Shown: positions 9,882-19,058 of the stretch, piece by piece
Layout: every line of letters begins with the position of its first letter
How positions within the stretch are numbered: the stretch's first letter is position 1
Assembly (NCBI GenBank): GCA_963666215.2
Contig: CAXWPL010000005.1
Coordinates: 128,001-192,000, forward strand
Direction: 5' to 3'
DNA length: 64,000 bases
DNA from: Acidobacteriota bacterium
GTDB taxonomy: Bacteria > Acidobacteriota > UBA890 > WLXD01
The notes under the pieces: generated by a model
What the model was told of the DNA's origin: nothing
What the model saw: the letters and a program-made list of their open reading frames with translations, nothing else
The model's database searches: none
Made by a program: the position numbers and the translations under genes

Positions 9882-9890
9882 AGGATAGCA
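9882..9890 (-). promoter_or_regulatory. Extended -10 element (TG-C-TATCCT) for the structured RNA and tonB operon
   Basis: Matches TGn-TAnnnT in the lplA-tonB intergenic region. Confidence 0.5.
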
Positions 9891-9934
9891 TGGGGCCACG
9901 CCACCCAGCACGGCCGTTAGGCGGCCCACAGACC

Positions 9935-10807
9935 CTATCGGCGGAAGGTGAAGTCGGGGTCAGCGAAGAGCCTTTCGTAGTGCCGGACTCGCCGCATCTC
10001 GAGCTCCGAAAGCGCCCCCACACGCGCCTCCAGCCGCAAAGCGCTGCTGATCCCACGAACGATCGCCGCCGTCGCTTGGCGACGTGATACGCCGCGTCCA
10101 AGGACTTGGGCGAGTCCGATCGAAGCGCCCACCGCCGCCTCTCCCGACGGGCCCAGCGCGCCCCAAAGACGGCCGTCGGGCTGGCCCAGCGGCAACGACC
10201 CGTGCTGCATCAGTCGCCGACGACGGCGACGTTGAGCGCTGCCCAGCAGCTTGGAGGGCTCGAGTCCGTCCCCGGCCACGAGCTCGAAGCGCGCACGCAC
10301 CGCGAAACATGCACCTGGGCGATCACGAAAACCGTCGCCGACACGGTCATCGTCATCCCCTCGCTCGGTGCCTGGCGACCCCGGCGAGCCGGTTGTTTGC
10401 CCGGAACGTTGCACCGCGACGTCTGCGCCGAGCTCGCGTAGGCCGCCCGCGAGACCCTCGGCCAACAGCCGATAGGTGGCGTGAATCCCGCCCGCCAAAC
10501 GACCATCGTCGGAGGGCGCCGACATCGAGTACGTCAGCTCGTCAACGCTGTGCAAGACGGCTCGCCCACCGGTGGTGCGGCGCACGAGGTCGATCCCGAG
10601 TCGGCGTGCCACGCGCGGGTCATAACCTTCGGCCCAAGGCTGGGCGTACCCGAGCGAGACCGTCGGCCGTCTCCACCCGTAAAGCCGCAACGTATACGCG
10701 TATCCCGGGGCCAGCCCATCAAGGAGGGCATCGTCCACCGCCATATTGACTCTGGCCGGCAGTGCTCTCCGCCCGTCGAGGAGAACGCGGAGCCGGAGCG
10801 GGGTCAC
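9935..10807 (-). CDS. Lipoate-protein ligase / octanoyltransferase (LplA/LipM family)
   Basis: NMAVDDALL, LRLYGW..PTVSLG, RRTTGGRAVLH, KLLGSAQ and QHGS; GTG overlaps the ald stop (GTGA). Confidence 0.88.
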   Translation of the reverse strand: MTPLRLRVLLDGRRALPARVNMAVDDALLDGLAPGYAYTLRLYGWRRPTVSLGYAQPWAEGYDPRVARRLGIDLVRRTTGGRAVLHSVDELTYSMSAPSDDGRLAGGIHATYRLLAEGLAGGLRELGADVAVQRSGQTTGSPGSPGTERGDDDDRVGDGFRDRPGACFAVRARFELVAGDGLEPSKLLGSAQRRRRRRLMQHGSLPLGQPDGRLWGALGPSGEAAVGASIGLAQVLGRGVSRRQATAAIVRGISSALRLEARVGALSELEMRRVRHYERLFADPDFTFRR

Positions 10808-11916
10808 AGGAGGTCGGTGAGCGCCGTGTGCCCCCGACCCTGCGAGGACGCGACCGGCTCGCAAGTCACATGTCTTCGATAAGTGTTCACGCCCGCGGCC
10901 AGCGCCGGATCTTCGCGACAAGCCCGCTCGAGGCCGAGATCGGCGAGCTTGCTCAGATAGCGCGTCGTAACGTTGGTTAATGCGAACGTCGAGGTCCTCG
11001 GAACCGCTCCGGGCATGTTCGTGACGCCGTAGTGCACCACGCCATCTACCAGGTAGGTCGGCTCGCGGTGGGTTGTGCCGCGCATCGTCTCGATGCATCC
11101 ACCTTGGTCAATCGCCACGTCGACAACAACGCTGCCTTCCTTCATCGCGCTGATCGCCTTGCGAGAGACAACCCTCGGTGCCGACGCACCCGGAATCAGC
11201 ACCGCTCCCACGAGCAGGTCGGCGCGGGTCGCCCAAATCTCCGCTGTCTTCGCCTGCGACATGATCGTGGTCACGCGACCGCCGAACAGGTCGTCGAGGA
11301 ACTGCAGCTGGCGTGGGCTGTTGTCGAGAATCGTGACGTGCGCCCCCATCCCGAGCGCAATGCGTGCTGCGTTGCGTCCCACGATGCCGCCGCCGATGAT
11401 CACCACATCGCCCGGGTTGACGCCAGGCACGCCGCCCAGAAGCACGCCGCGACCGCCTTGAGCTTTCTCGAGAAAGTGTGCGCCCACCTGCACCGCCATC
11501 CGGCCAGCGATCTCACTCATCGGCACGAGCAGCGGCAGCGTCCCGTCCTGCAGCTCGATCGTCTCGTAGGCGATTCCGGTGACCTCGCGTTCGACAAGAG
11601 CATCTGTCAGCTCGGGCAACGGTGCCAGGTGCAGGTAGGTGTAGAGAATCAGGCCGGGCCGCATCAGTTCGCATTCCGAAGCGAGAGGCTCCTTGACCTT
11701 GACGATCAGGTCGGCGGTCTTCCACACCGCCTCAGCTTCCGCCAGGATCTCGGCACCAGCTGCGACGTATTCTTCGTCGGGCAGTCCGCTGCCGATGCCA
11801 GCGCCAGCCTCCACCAGCACGCGATGGCCGCCGGCGGCGAGCGTCAGCGCACCACCCGGCACGAGCCCCACTCGGTTCTCTTGCGGTTTGATCTCCTTGA
11901 CGACGCCGACGATCAT
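10804..11916 (-). CDS. ald: Alanine dehydrogenase
   Basis: [32 protein letters not shown] and [11 protein letters not shown]. Confidence 0.96.
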   Translation of the reverse strand: MIVGVVKEIKPQENRVGLVPGGALTLAAGGHRVLVEAGAGIGSGLPDEEYVAAGAEILAEAEAVWKTADLIVKVKEPLASECELMRPGLILYTYLHLAPLPELTDALVEREVTGIAYETIELQDGTLPLLVPMSEIAGRMAVQVGAHFLEKAQGGRGVLLGGVPGVNPGDVVIIGGGIVGRNAARIALGMGAHVTILDNSPRQLQFLDDLFGGRVTTIMSQAKTAEIWATRADLLVGAVLIPGASAPRVVSRKAISAMKEGSVVVDVAIDQGGCIETMRGTTHREPTYLVDGVVHYGVTNMPGAVPRTSTFALTNVTTRYLSKLADLGLERACREDPALAAGVNTYRRHVTCEPVASSQGRGHTALTDLL

Positions 11917-11972
11917 GCGCGGACTCTCCCTGTGCGACCCGGCAAGCCGGTCGTGCGGATAGCAGAACCGGC

Positions 11973-12314
11973 TCAGTCGGCTTCGGACTCCGAGCGGTTG
12001 GCAGCGCGCATCTCGACGTTTCCTTCGAAGAATGCACCGTCGCCGAAAGCTACCGAGGGGGCACGGATATCGCCCGTGACCTGACCGCTCGTCCCTACCT
12101 CGACCTTCGCAGTGCCAACGGCGTTACCCGTCAAGCGCCCGTTGATCACCACGTGATTGCCGGAAAGGTTGGCTTTGGCGCTGCCTTTTTCGCCGATCGT
12201 GATGTCCCCGTCCACCGAGATCGTGCCATCTACCGAGCCATTGCACTCGAGCGAGCCGGAACCGCGAATCTCACCCACGAGCTTGCAGCTGGGCCCCAGA
12301 ACCGAGGCGCTCAT
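11973..12314 (-). CDS. Bactofilin (polymer-forming cytoskeletal protein)
   Basis: Beta-helix repeats GSVDGTI, INGRLTGN, GQVTGDI and GAFFEGNVEM. Confidence 0.88.
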   Translation of the reverse strand: MSASVLGPSCKLVGEIRGSGSLECNGSVDGTISVDGDITIGEKGSAKANLSGNHVVINGRLTGNAVGTAKVEVGTSGQVTGDIRAPSVAFGDGAFFEGNVEMRAANRSESEAD

Positions 12315-12370
12315 CGCTGGGCGCGCCCAGCGCGCGCGTTGACAAATGAAAACGGAGACCGGTTCGCCAT
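12311..12370 (-). CDS. Putative 19-aa leader ORF (MANRSPFSFVNARAGRAQR) coupled to bactofilin
   Basis: GAGG SD before its ATG; stop overlaps the bactofilin start (ATGA). Confidence 0.4.
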   Translation of the reverse strand: MANRSPFSFVNARAGRAQR

Positions 12371-12493
12371 CTGGCTACCTCGATTGATTTTCGGTTTGGA
12401 GTGAGAACTCGCTTCACGGAATCGGCACGCGGCAAGGGCACGCGCCACAACAGTTCCACCACCACAAACAGATCGGGGCGGCGTTCAAGGAAG

Positions 12494-12566
12494 AGCGGGT
12501 AACGGGATTCGAACCCGTGGCCTCAAGCTTGGGAAGCTTGCGCTCTACCAACTGAGCTATACCCGC
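12494..12566 (-). tRNA. tRNA-Gly (anticodon CCC); CCA end not encoded
   Basis: GCGGGTATAGCTCAGTTGGTAGAGCG...CAAGCTTCCCAAGCTTG...GGTTCGAATCCCGTTACCCGCT forms a cloverleaf. Confidence 0.97.
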
Positions 12567-12603
12567 GGCCGGCGGACGACACCAGTCGCCGCACGCAGTC
12601 AGC

Positions 12604-12633
12604 ATGCTAGCAACGCGTGCTCTGGACGGTCAA
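12604..12633 (-). promoter_or_regulatory. Sigma70-type promoter for tRNA-Gly
   Basis: TTGACC-18 nt-TAGCAT with TG extension. Confidence 0.65.
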
Positions 12634-12681
12634 CGCGCCGTCGGACCGCCGCGCAGGAAGAAGAATCGACGGTTCGGCTCG

Positions 12682-13848
12682 CTAGAAAGCCGCCTCCCCC
12701 GTCAGCTCCTGGCCGACGATCAGCGTATGAATCTGATGTGTCCCTTCGTAGGTGTAAACCGATTCGAGATTCACCATGTGCCGGAAGGCCTGATACTCAT
12801 CGAGAATCCCGTTGCCGCCCAGAATCTCTCGGCAACGCCGGGCTGTACGCAGAGCCATGGCGACGTTGTTGCGCTTTGCCATCGACACTTGCGACGACGT
12901 CACCGTGCCGGCGTCCTTGAGCATGCCCAGGCGCCAGCAGAGAACTTGTGCTTGGGTGATCTCGGTCGCCATGTTCGTGAGCAGCCGCTGCACCAGCTGC
13001 TTGCTGGCAATCGGCTTGCCGAAAGCAATGCGATTGACCGCATACCTGCGCGCCTCATCAAAGCAGGCTTGAGCCGCGCCGATGACTCCCCAGGCGATGC
13101 CGGCGCGAGCCTGATTCAGGCACATGAGCGGCGACCTGAGGCCATCGCTTCCCGGCAGCAGGTTGGCCTTGGGAATGCGGCAATCCTCCATGACCAGCTC
13201 GGCCGTGTCGGAGGCCCGCAGCGAATACTTCCCCTTTACATGCAGGGCCGTGAAGCCCGGAGAGTCTGCCGGCACGATGAAGCCTCGGACGCGATCGTCG
13301 ACCTTCGCCCAAACGATTGCCAGATGCGCCATGGTGCCGTTGGTGATCCACATCTTCACGCCATTGAGCACCCACTCGTCGCCATCGTCGACGGCGCGAG
13401 TGCGCATCGACCCAGGATCGGAGCCCGCGTCGGGCTCCGTGAGACCGAAGCAGCCAATCGCCGTCCCGGCAGCCATCTGTGGCAACCACTCGCGACGCTG
13501 CTCCTCCGACCCGAACGCGAAGATCGGGTACATACAGAGCGCACCCTGCACCGAGACGAAGGAGCGCACTCCTGAATCGCCGCGCTCGAGCTCCTGCATG
13601 ATCAACCCGTAGGCGGTGTTATCGAGCCCGGCGCAGCCGTACTCCTCCGGTAGATTCGCCCCCAGAACGCCCAGTTCGGCCAGGGGCGCAATGAGCTGTC
13701 GTGGGAACTCGCCCTTGGCCTGATACTCCTCGATGATCGGTAGGCACTTGTCGCTGACAAAACGACGGACGGTGTCACGAATGAGCCGCTGCTCGTCGCT
13801 GAGCAGCTCGTCCATGGCGTAAAAGTCGAGGGCTTCGAACTCCGACAT
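12682..13848 (-). CDS. gcdH: Acyl-CoA dehydrogenase, glutaryl-CoA dehydrogenase-like
   Basis: ELERGDSGVRSFVSVQ, GCFGLTEPDAGSD, KMWITNG, LGGNGI and YTYEGTH. Confidence 0.88.
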   Translation of the reverse strand: MSEFEALDFYAMDELLSDEQRLIRDTVRRFVSDKCLPIIEEYQAKGEFPRQLIAPLAELGVLGANLPEEYGCAGLDNTAYGLIMQELERGDSGVRSFVSVQGALCMYPIFAFGSEEQRREWLPQMAAGTAIGCFGLTEPDAGSDPGSMRTRAVDDGDEWVLNGVKMWITNGTMAHLAIVWAKVDDRVRGFIVPADSPGFTALHVKGKYSLRASDTAELVMEDCRIPKANLLPGSDGLRSPLMCLNQARAGIAWGVIGAAQACFDEARRYAVNRIAFGKPIASKQLVQRLLTNMATEITQAQVLCWRLGMLKDAGTVTSSQVSMAKRNNVAMALRTARRCREILGGNGILDEYQAFRHMVNLESVYTYEGTHQIHTLIVGQELTGEAAF

Positions 13849-14106
13849 TGCGAGACTTTCTCCGGCGGCTTGGCGCGATCGACGAGAGAATCTGAGGATG
13901 CCGTGGCCGCGATGCGTGCGGCGGCAACGGCGTGCAGACAAGCACGGCCGAGGAGCTCCCAGAGTTCCTCGCCGGGGCAGTTTTGCACACGTCAAGCTAC
14001 CACGTGGCATGCTCCTGCAATGAGCAATTCGAGCGCTTCGACGGGCACGGCCAGCGAGCTGCGCGACGATTATGCGGCACCGGCCCGGCCCCCGAGAACG
14101 CGGCCG

Positions 14107-15399
14107 ATGACCGGCAACGACTCCGTGGACCGCGCCGTCTATCTCGACTACAACGCCACCGCTCCGCTTGCGCCTTCTGTGGCGGCAGCAATGCAGCCGT
14201 GGATGCTGCCCAACGCCGCCAACCCTGGCGCGGTCCACCAGTATGGTCGCGCGGCTCGCGCGGCAACCGAGCACGCGCGCGCTCAGGTGGCCGAATTCTG
14301 TGGACTCGACCGAAGTCGACTCACCTCGGGCGCCGATCAGGTGGTGTTCACCAGCGGCGGCACCGAGGCCGACAACATGGCGCTCTGGGGCTGCCTCGGA
14401 TGGCCGCCCCGCGGCCACCTGGTGATCTCGGCGGTCGAGCATCCTGCCATCGCCGAGCCCTGCGAGGCACTCACCGCACTTGGCGTGGAGGTGAGCGTAG
14501 TTGGCGTCGATCACTCCGGGCGCGTGCGCCTCGACGAGCTCGCCGACGCCCTGCGGGCCGACACACGGCTGGTGTCGGTGATGGCCGCCAACAACGAGGT
14601 CGGCACGCTGCAGCCAATCCGAGAGGTCTGCCGCATCGCCCACGACGCCGGAGCGCGGGTCCATTGTGATGCGGTCCAGGCAGGCTCCTGGATCGACCTC
14701 GGCACCGACCTCGACGAGGTTGATCTGCTGAGCGTGACGGCACACAAGATGGGCGGGCCACCGGGGATCGGCGCGCTTGTGCTGCGTGACTCTGCCGCCA
14801 TTTCACTGCAGCCCATTCTGCGCGGGGGCGGGCAGCAGGGCGGACACCGCGGTGGCACCGAGCCCACGGCTCTCATCGTCGGCATGGGCGCCACGTGCGA
14901 GCGGGCGGTGCGGAGACACGGCGAGGAATCGGCGCGCGTCGGTGCGCTGAGTCGGCGCCTCTGCGCCGAGCTGACAGCGCGAGTCCCCGACTGCTACCCG
15001 ACGTGCCCGGATCCCGAGCTCCGGCTGCCCAACACGGTCCACCTGTGTTTCGACGACTGCAACGGCGCGGTTCTCGTGGCGAGGCTCGATCTCGACGGCA
15101 TCTCTGCGTCGGCAGGATCGGCCTGTGCCAGCGGGCTTGCACACGCTTCGCCGGTACTCTCGGCCATGGGAATCTCGCCCTCCCGGGCCGCGGGCTCGCT
15201 GCGCCTGTCGCTCGGCTACGGCAACACCGAGGCCGATATCGATCGGGCCATCGACATCATTCCTGACGCCGTCAAGGAGATCCGCTCAGCCCTGCGAGCC
15301 AACGGCGCCTCGAACCGACCCACCGTCGACACCTCGTCGCCTGCGGCGCCGGCCGCCGAGAGAGATGCGGAGCCGGGTCACGAGGAGGCGGCACGATGA
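14107..15399 (+). CDS. iscS: Cysteine desulfurase (IscS/NifS class I)
   Basis: YLDYNATAP, FTSGGTEADN, AHKMGGP (PLP Lys) and SAGSACAS (catalytic Cys); overlaps mnmA (ATGA). Confidence 0.92.
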   Translation: MTGNDSVDRAVYLDYNATAPLAPSVAAAMQPWMLPNAANPGAVHQYGRAARAATEHARAQVAEFCGLDRSRLTSGADQVVFTSGGTEADNMALWGCLGWPPRGHLVISAVEHPAIAEPCEALTALGVEVSVVGVDHSGRVRLDELADALRADTRLVSVMAANNEVGTLQPIREVCRIAHDAGARVHCDAVQAGSWIDLGTDLDEVDLLSVTAHKMGGPPGIGALVLRDSAAISLQPILRGGGQQGGHRGGTEPTALIVGMGATCERAVRRHGEESARVGALSRRLCAELTARVPDCYPTCPDPELRLPNTVHLCFDDCNGAVLVARLDLDGISASAGSACASGLAHASPVLSAMGISPSRAAGSLRLSLGYGNTEADIDRAIDIIPDAVKEIRSALRANGASNRPTVDTSSPAAPAAERDAEPGHEEAAR

Positions 15400-16631
15400 G
15401 TCGCGTTGCGGTCGCCATGAGCGGTGGGGTGGACTCGTCGGTGGCGGCGGCGATGTTGCGAGCCGCTGGCGAAGACGTCGTCGGGATCACTCTGCAGCTG
15501 TGGGATTACAGCGGCGTCAACCTCGCCTCGGGCCGCGGGCGGTGCTGTTCGCCCTCCGATGTCGCCGATGCCCGTGCCGTAGCCGCGGCACTGGAAATAC
15601 CTCACTTCGTCTTCGACCATTCCAGCGAATTTCGCCAGCAGGTGGTGGAGCCCTTCCTGCAGGTCTACGCCGGGGGCCGCACACCGAGCCCGTGCATCAC
15701 CTGCAACCGGCGGGTGAAGTTCGATCTGCTGTGGAAGCTGGCGCGCTCGCTCGGTTGCGAGACGTTGGCCACTGGACACTACGCGCGTCTCGACGTCGAT
15801 GAATCCAGCGGGCGGCCGCTGCTGCGCAGAGCCGTCGACGTCAGCAAGGACCAGTCTTATTTCCTCTACGACGTTGCGGCCGAAGCTCTCGCCGGAGTGC
15901 GCTTTCCGCTTGGCGCCCTTTCCAAGCAAGAGGTGCGCGAGGTCGCGGCTGCCCACGGCCTCGCCGTTGCCGACAAGCCTGAGAGCTACGATTTGTGCTT
16001 CATCCCGGACGGCGACAAGAACGCGTTCGTAGAGCGCCAAGGCTCGGGCCCGGCCTCGGCGCCCGGAGCGATCGTCCATCTCGACGGAGAAGTGCTCGGG
16101 GCTCATAGCGGCACACACCGATTCACGATCGGGCAACGTCGAGGCCTCGGGCTTCAGGCCACAACCGACAACAGCCGTTCGCTGTACGTCGTGGAGATCG
16201 CCGCCGACACCACCGACGGAACACGGACCGTGACCGTAGGCCCCGAGTCCGCCCTGATGTCAGACGGCTTGATTGCCGCCCGCTGCAACTGGCTGGCAAT
16301 TGCGCCCCCGACGGGCGAGTTGCTTGCCGCGGCGCGGATCCGGCACCGACACAGCGAGGTGATGAGCCGCATCAGCCCCGTCACGACCGCCGCGCCCGTT
16401 GCGGCGAGCTCCGCGCGGTCCACACGCTTTCGCGTCGACTTCGACAGACCGCAACGCGCCATCGCGCCCGGGCAGGGTATTGCTTTCTACTACGACGACC
16501 TGCTGCTCGGCGGCGGCTGGATCGAGAGCGCCGCGCCCACCCCCACAGCGGTCAAAGCTGAAAAAACCGAATATGGACCATCCGCCACCGGCGCAGGCTC
16601 CCGTTCCGCACCCGACGTCACTGGCGCTTAG
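15396..16631 (+). CDS. mnmA: tRNA 2-thiouridylase
   Basis: MSGGVDSS PP-loop, PSPCITCN, ATGHYA, KDQSYFL, FTIGQRRGL and APGQ. Confidence 0.96.
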   Translation: MSRVAVAMSGGVDSSVAAAMLRAAGEDVVGITLQLWDYSGVNLASGRGRCCSPSDVADARAVAAALEIPHFVFDHSSEFRQQVVEPFLQVYAGGRTPSPCITCNRRVKFDLLWKLARSLGCETLATGHYARLDVDESSGRPLLRRAVDVSKDQSYFLYDVAAEALAGVRFPLGALSKQEVREVAAAHGLAVADKPESYDLCFIPDGDKNAFVERQGSGPASAPGAIVHLDGEVLGAHSGTHRFTIGQRRGLGLQATTDNSRSLYVVEIAADTTDGTRTVTVGPESALMSDGLIAARCNWLAIAPPTGELLAAARIRHRHSEVMSRISPVTTAAPVAASSARSTRFRVDFDRPQRAIAPGQGIAFYYDDLLLGGGWIESAAPTPTAVKAEKTEYGPSATGAGSRSAPDVTGA

Positions 16632-16638
16632 CCCCGGG

Positions 16639-17391
16639 TCAGTCGGAGTCGCTGCCGATCCGGTCGAGCATGACCCGCGCGGCGATCTGCTCGGCGCTCT
16701 TCTTGGTCCGCCCCCTGCCCGAGGCGTTCCACGTGCCTGCGTCGACACGAACGTGGAACATCTTGTCGTGATCCGGGCCTTCTTCGTCGACAACACCGTA
16801 GAGCGGCAGTCGTAGTCCGAGCGCCTGTACCGCCTCCTGCAACGCCGACTTGTAGTCGTGCACGGGCGCCGTTTCATCGGCCGCGTCGACGAGGAGCCCG
16901 TTCATTCTCGGAACCAGGAAGGCTCGCGCCGCGTCCAACCCGCCGTCGAGATAAAGCGCCGCGATCAGAGCCTCGAACGAATTGGCGAGAATCGACTGTT
17001 TCTCGCGGCCGAGGGTCTTTTCCTCGCCACGCCCGAGCAGAACGAAGCTGCCGAGCCCGAGCTCGTTGGCCAGCCGACCGAGCGTTTCTGCAGAAACCAG
17101 GTACGACTTGAGCTTCGACATCTCGCCTTCGTTCAGATGCGCGTGCTCCGTGCAAAGGATGTCGCTCACGACCAGCCCCAAGGCAGCGTCGCCGAGAAAC
17201 TCGAGTACTTCGTTGTCGGCAGGGCGGTCGCCATGCTCGTTGGCGTAGGAGCGGTGGGTAAGCGCCCGCTGCAGCAGCTCCGGGTTTTGAAACGTGTGGG
17301 CGAGGCGCGACTCGAGCGCCGCCAGGTCGCCGCCGGAGGGTGTTTCGACGTCGGCAACATGCGATGGATCGGCGCTACGCACACTGCTCAA
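16639..17391 (-). CDS. rnc: Ribonuclease III
   Basis: ALTHRS, NEVLEFLGDA, FEALIAALYLDGG; dsRBD DYKSALQE...KKSAEQ. Confidence 0.95.
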   Translation of the reverse strand: MSSVRSADPSHVADVETPSGGDLAALESRLAHTFQNPELLQRALTHRSYANEHGDRPADNEVLEFLGDAALGLVVSDILCTEHAHLNEGEMSKLKSYLVSAETLGRLANELGLGSFVLLGRGEEKTLGREKQSILANSFEALIAALYLDGGLDAARAFLVPRMNGLLVDAADETAPVHDYKSALQEAVQALGLRLPLYGVVDEEGPDHDKMFHVRVDAGTWNASGRGRTKKSAEQIAARVMLDRIGSDSD

Positions 17392-17647
17392 GGTGCGCTC
17401 TCCTCTCCTCTGCTCTGCCTGACGACCAGCGATCGCCCCGGTAACTTGTCGTCCACAGGAGCTGCAAGAACCGACCTCCGGAAGCGAGAAAAGGGTCGAT
17501 CGTTACGGCATGCGGCGCTGAGAAACCTACTGCCGGCGAACGTACCACAAGGCCCGTGGCTGTCGTCGCCGACGAGCACGCGCGCTGCGGCGCGTCGCGT
17601 TTTCGAGCCCGGTCGTAGAGTTCGAGTACCGGCGAGCGAGCGCGAGG

Positions 17648-18133
17648 CTAGTCGAGCTTCGACAAGCGCACCTTGGCCACGCCCTCTGCCACCATCGCGA
17701 GCTGTCTGGCTGCCTCGTACGACAGATCGATCTCACGACCACCGATGAATGGGCCGCGATCGGTGATCTCCACAACGACCCGGCGCCCGTTGCTCTGGTG
17801 GGTCACCTCGAGGCGCGTGCCGAAAGGCAGCGTTTTGTGCGCCGCCGTGAGCTCGTTCATGTTGTAAACGCGACCGCTGGCAGTGGTGCGTCCGTGGTAC
17901 TTGGCGCCATACCAGGAGGCGACGCCTGTCCAGCTCAATGGATGCACACGGCCGGGTCGAACAGCCGGATTCGCGTTCAGCGAGCAACCACCCAGCGGTA
18001 GGCCGATCAGAAGGGCCAGAAAGACCAGGAGGATCGTCGGGCGCGCGACCGAATACGACGAGAACGACCCTCGCGCGCTACTCCGGAACTTGGAGCGTGC
18101 CAACCAGCTCGCGAACCGCGTCGAGTCCCTCAT
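17648..18133 (-). CDS. rlpA: Septal ring lytic transglycosylase RlpA family lipoprotein
   Basis: GVASWYG, TASG, LTAAHKTLPFGT, DRGPF and IDLS; lipobox LPLGGC; start uncertain because the ORF overlaps the pyrD end. Confidence 0.85.
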   Translation of the reverse strand: MRDSTRFASWLARSKFRSSARGSFSSYSVARPTILLVFLALLIGLPLGGCSLNANPAVRPGRVHPLSWTGVASWYGAKYHGRTTASGRVYNMNELTAAHKTLPFGTRLEVTHQSNGRRVVVEITDRGPFIGGREIDLSYEAARQLAMVAEGVAKVRLSKLD

Positions 18134-19058
18134 CTCTGCACCAGCTCTCTAGCTCGTCGACCAGCCGCTGCGAGATCCCCGGGTCGTAGAAGTTGGCCGT
18201 TCCAATCTGCACGGCGCCCGCTCCCACGATCAAAAACTGCAACACCTGGTCGAGCTCGTCGATGCCGCCAATACCGATCAGCGGCAAGCTCGTAGCTACG
18301 TTTACCTCATAGAGCAGGTACAGAGCAAGCGGAAAGATGACAGGACCGGAAAAACCGCCATACACAGTGGTTAATAGTGGTTTTCTCTGTTCAACACTGA
18401 CTGTCATACCTCGTATGGTGTTCATCACCGAAAGCGCATCCGCGCCTCCGTCTTCCGCCGCTCGAGCACACAAACCGATGTCGGTAACACCCGGGGCCAG
18501 CTTCACCCAGAGCGGCATTCCGGTGACTTTGCGCACCGCCTCGGTGACTGCGCGCAGCTGTCGCGGGTCGTTGCCGAACGAAACTCCGCCCTCCTTGATG
18601 TTCGGGCACGAGACATTGAGCTCGAGTGCCGCCAGCCCTTCGGTGCCATCGAGCCGCTGGGCCACGCCGACATACTCATTGACGGTCGTACCCCAGATAT
18701 TGGCCACCACGACGGTGTCATGCTGCCGCAGGTGCGGCATCTTGTCGCGCACGAAAGCCTCGACCCCGATGTTCTGCAATCCGATCGAGTTGAGCATCCC
18801 GCCACGCGTCTCGACGATGCGCGGCGGCGCGTTCCCGGGGACCGGCTGAAGGGACAATCCCTTGACCACAATTCCGCCGATGGCCGACAGGTCGATCAAT
18901 TCCGAGAACTCGTCGCCATACCCGACGGTGCCGGAAGCCAACATGATCGGGTTCTCGAGGTGCACAGCACCGATGTCAACACCGAGATCGACTCGTGAAT
19001 CCGGCGGAGTTGACTCATCGCGTCCGGCCGCCGCTCCAACGGCGCCAGCGTCCCTCAT
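18078..19058 (-). CDS. pyrD: Dihydroorotate dehydrogenase class 1B, catalytic subunit
   Basis: NPIMLASGT, NSIGLQNIG, ELNVSCPN, VKLAP and IGIGGI; ATGA overlap with pyrK. Confidence 0.95.
   Translation of the reverse strand: MRDAGAVGAAAGRDESTPPDSRVDLGVDIGAVHLENPIMLASGTVGYGDEFSELIDLSAIGGIVVKGLSLQPVPGNAPPRIVETRGGMLNSIGLQNIGVEAFVRDKMPHLRQHDTVVVANIWGTTVNEYVGVAQRLDGTEGLAALELNVSCPNIKEGGVSFGNDPRQLRAVTEAVRKVTGMPLWVKLAPGVTDIGLCARAAEDGGADALSVMNTIRGMTVSVEQRKPLLTTVYGGFSGPVIFPLALYLLYEVNVATSLPLIGIGGIDELDQVLQFLIVGAGAVQIGTANFYDPGISQRLVDELESWCRDEGLDAVRELVGTLQVPE

Noticed and set aside
12430-12448. Sigma54 promoter TGGCGCGTGCCCTTGC upstream of bactofilin
   Set aside because: GG-to-GC spacing is 11 nt rather than the required 10
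12320-12566. Genomic island integrated at tRNA-Gly
   Set aside because: No integrase and no duplicated tRNA 3' end; the flanking genes are housekeeping
13849-14745. Apparent 687-aa acyl-CoA dehydrogenase with a long N-terminal extension (similar extensions in the ftsK, tonB, pyrD, ribD and lplA ORF calls)
   Set aside because: The extensions overlap neighbouring genes; the conserved domains begin at downstream starts, several of which overlap the upstream stop
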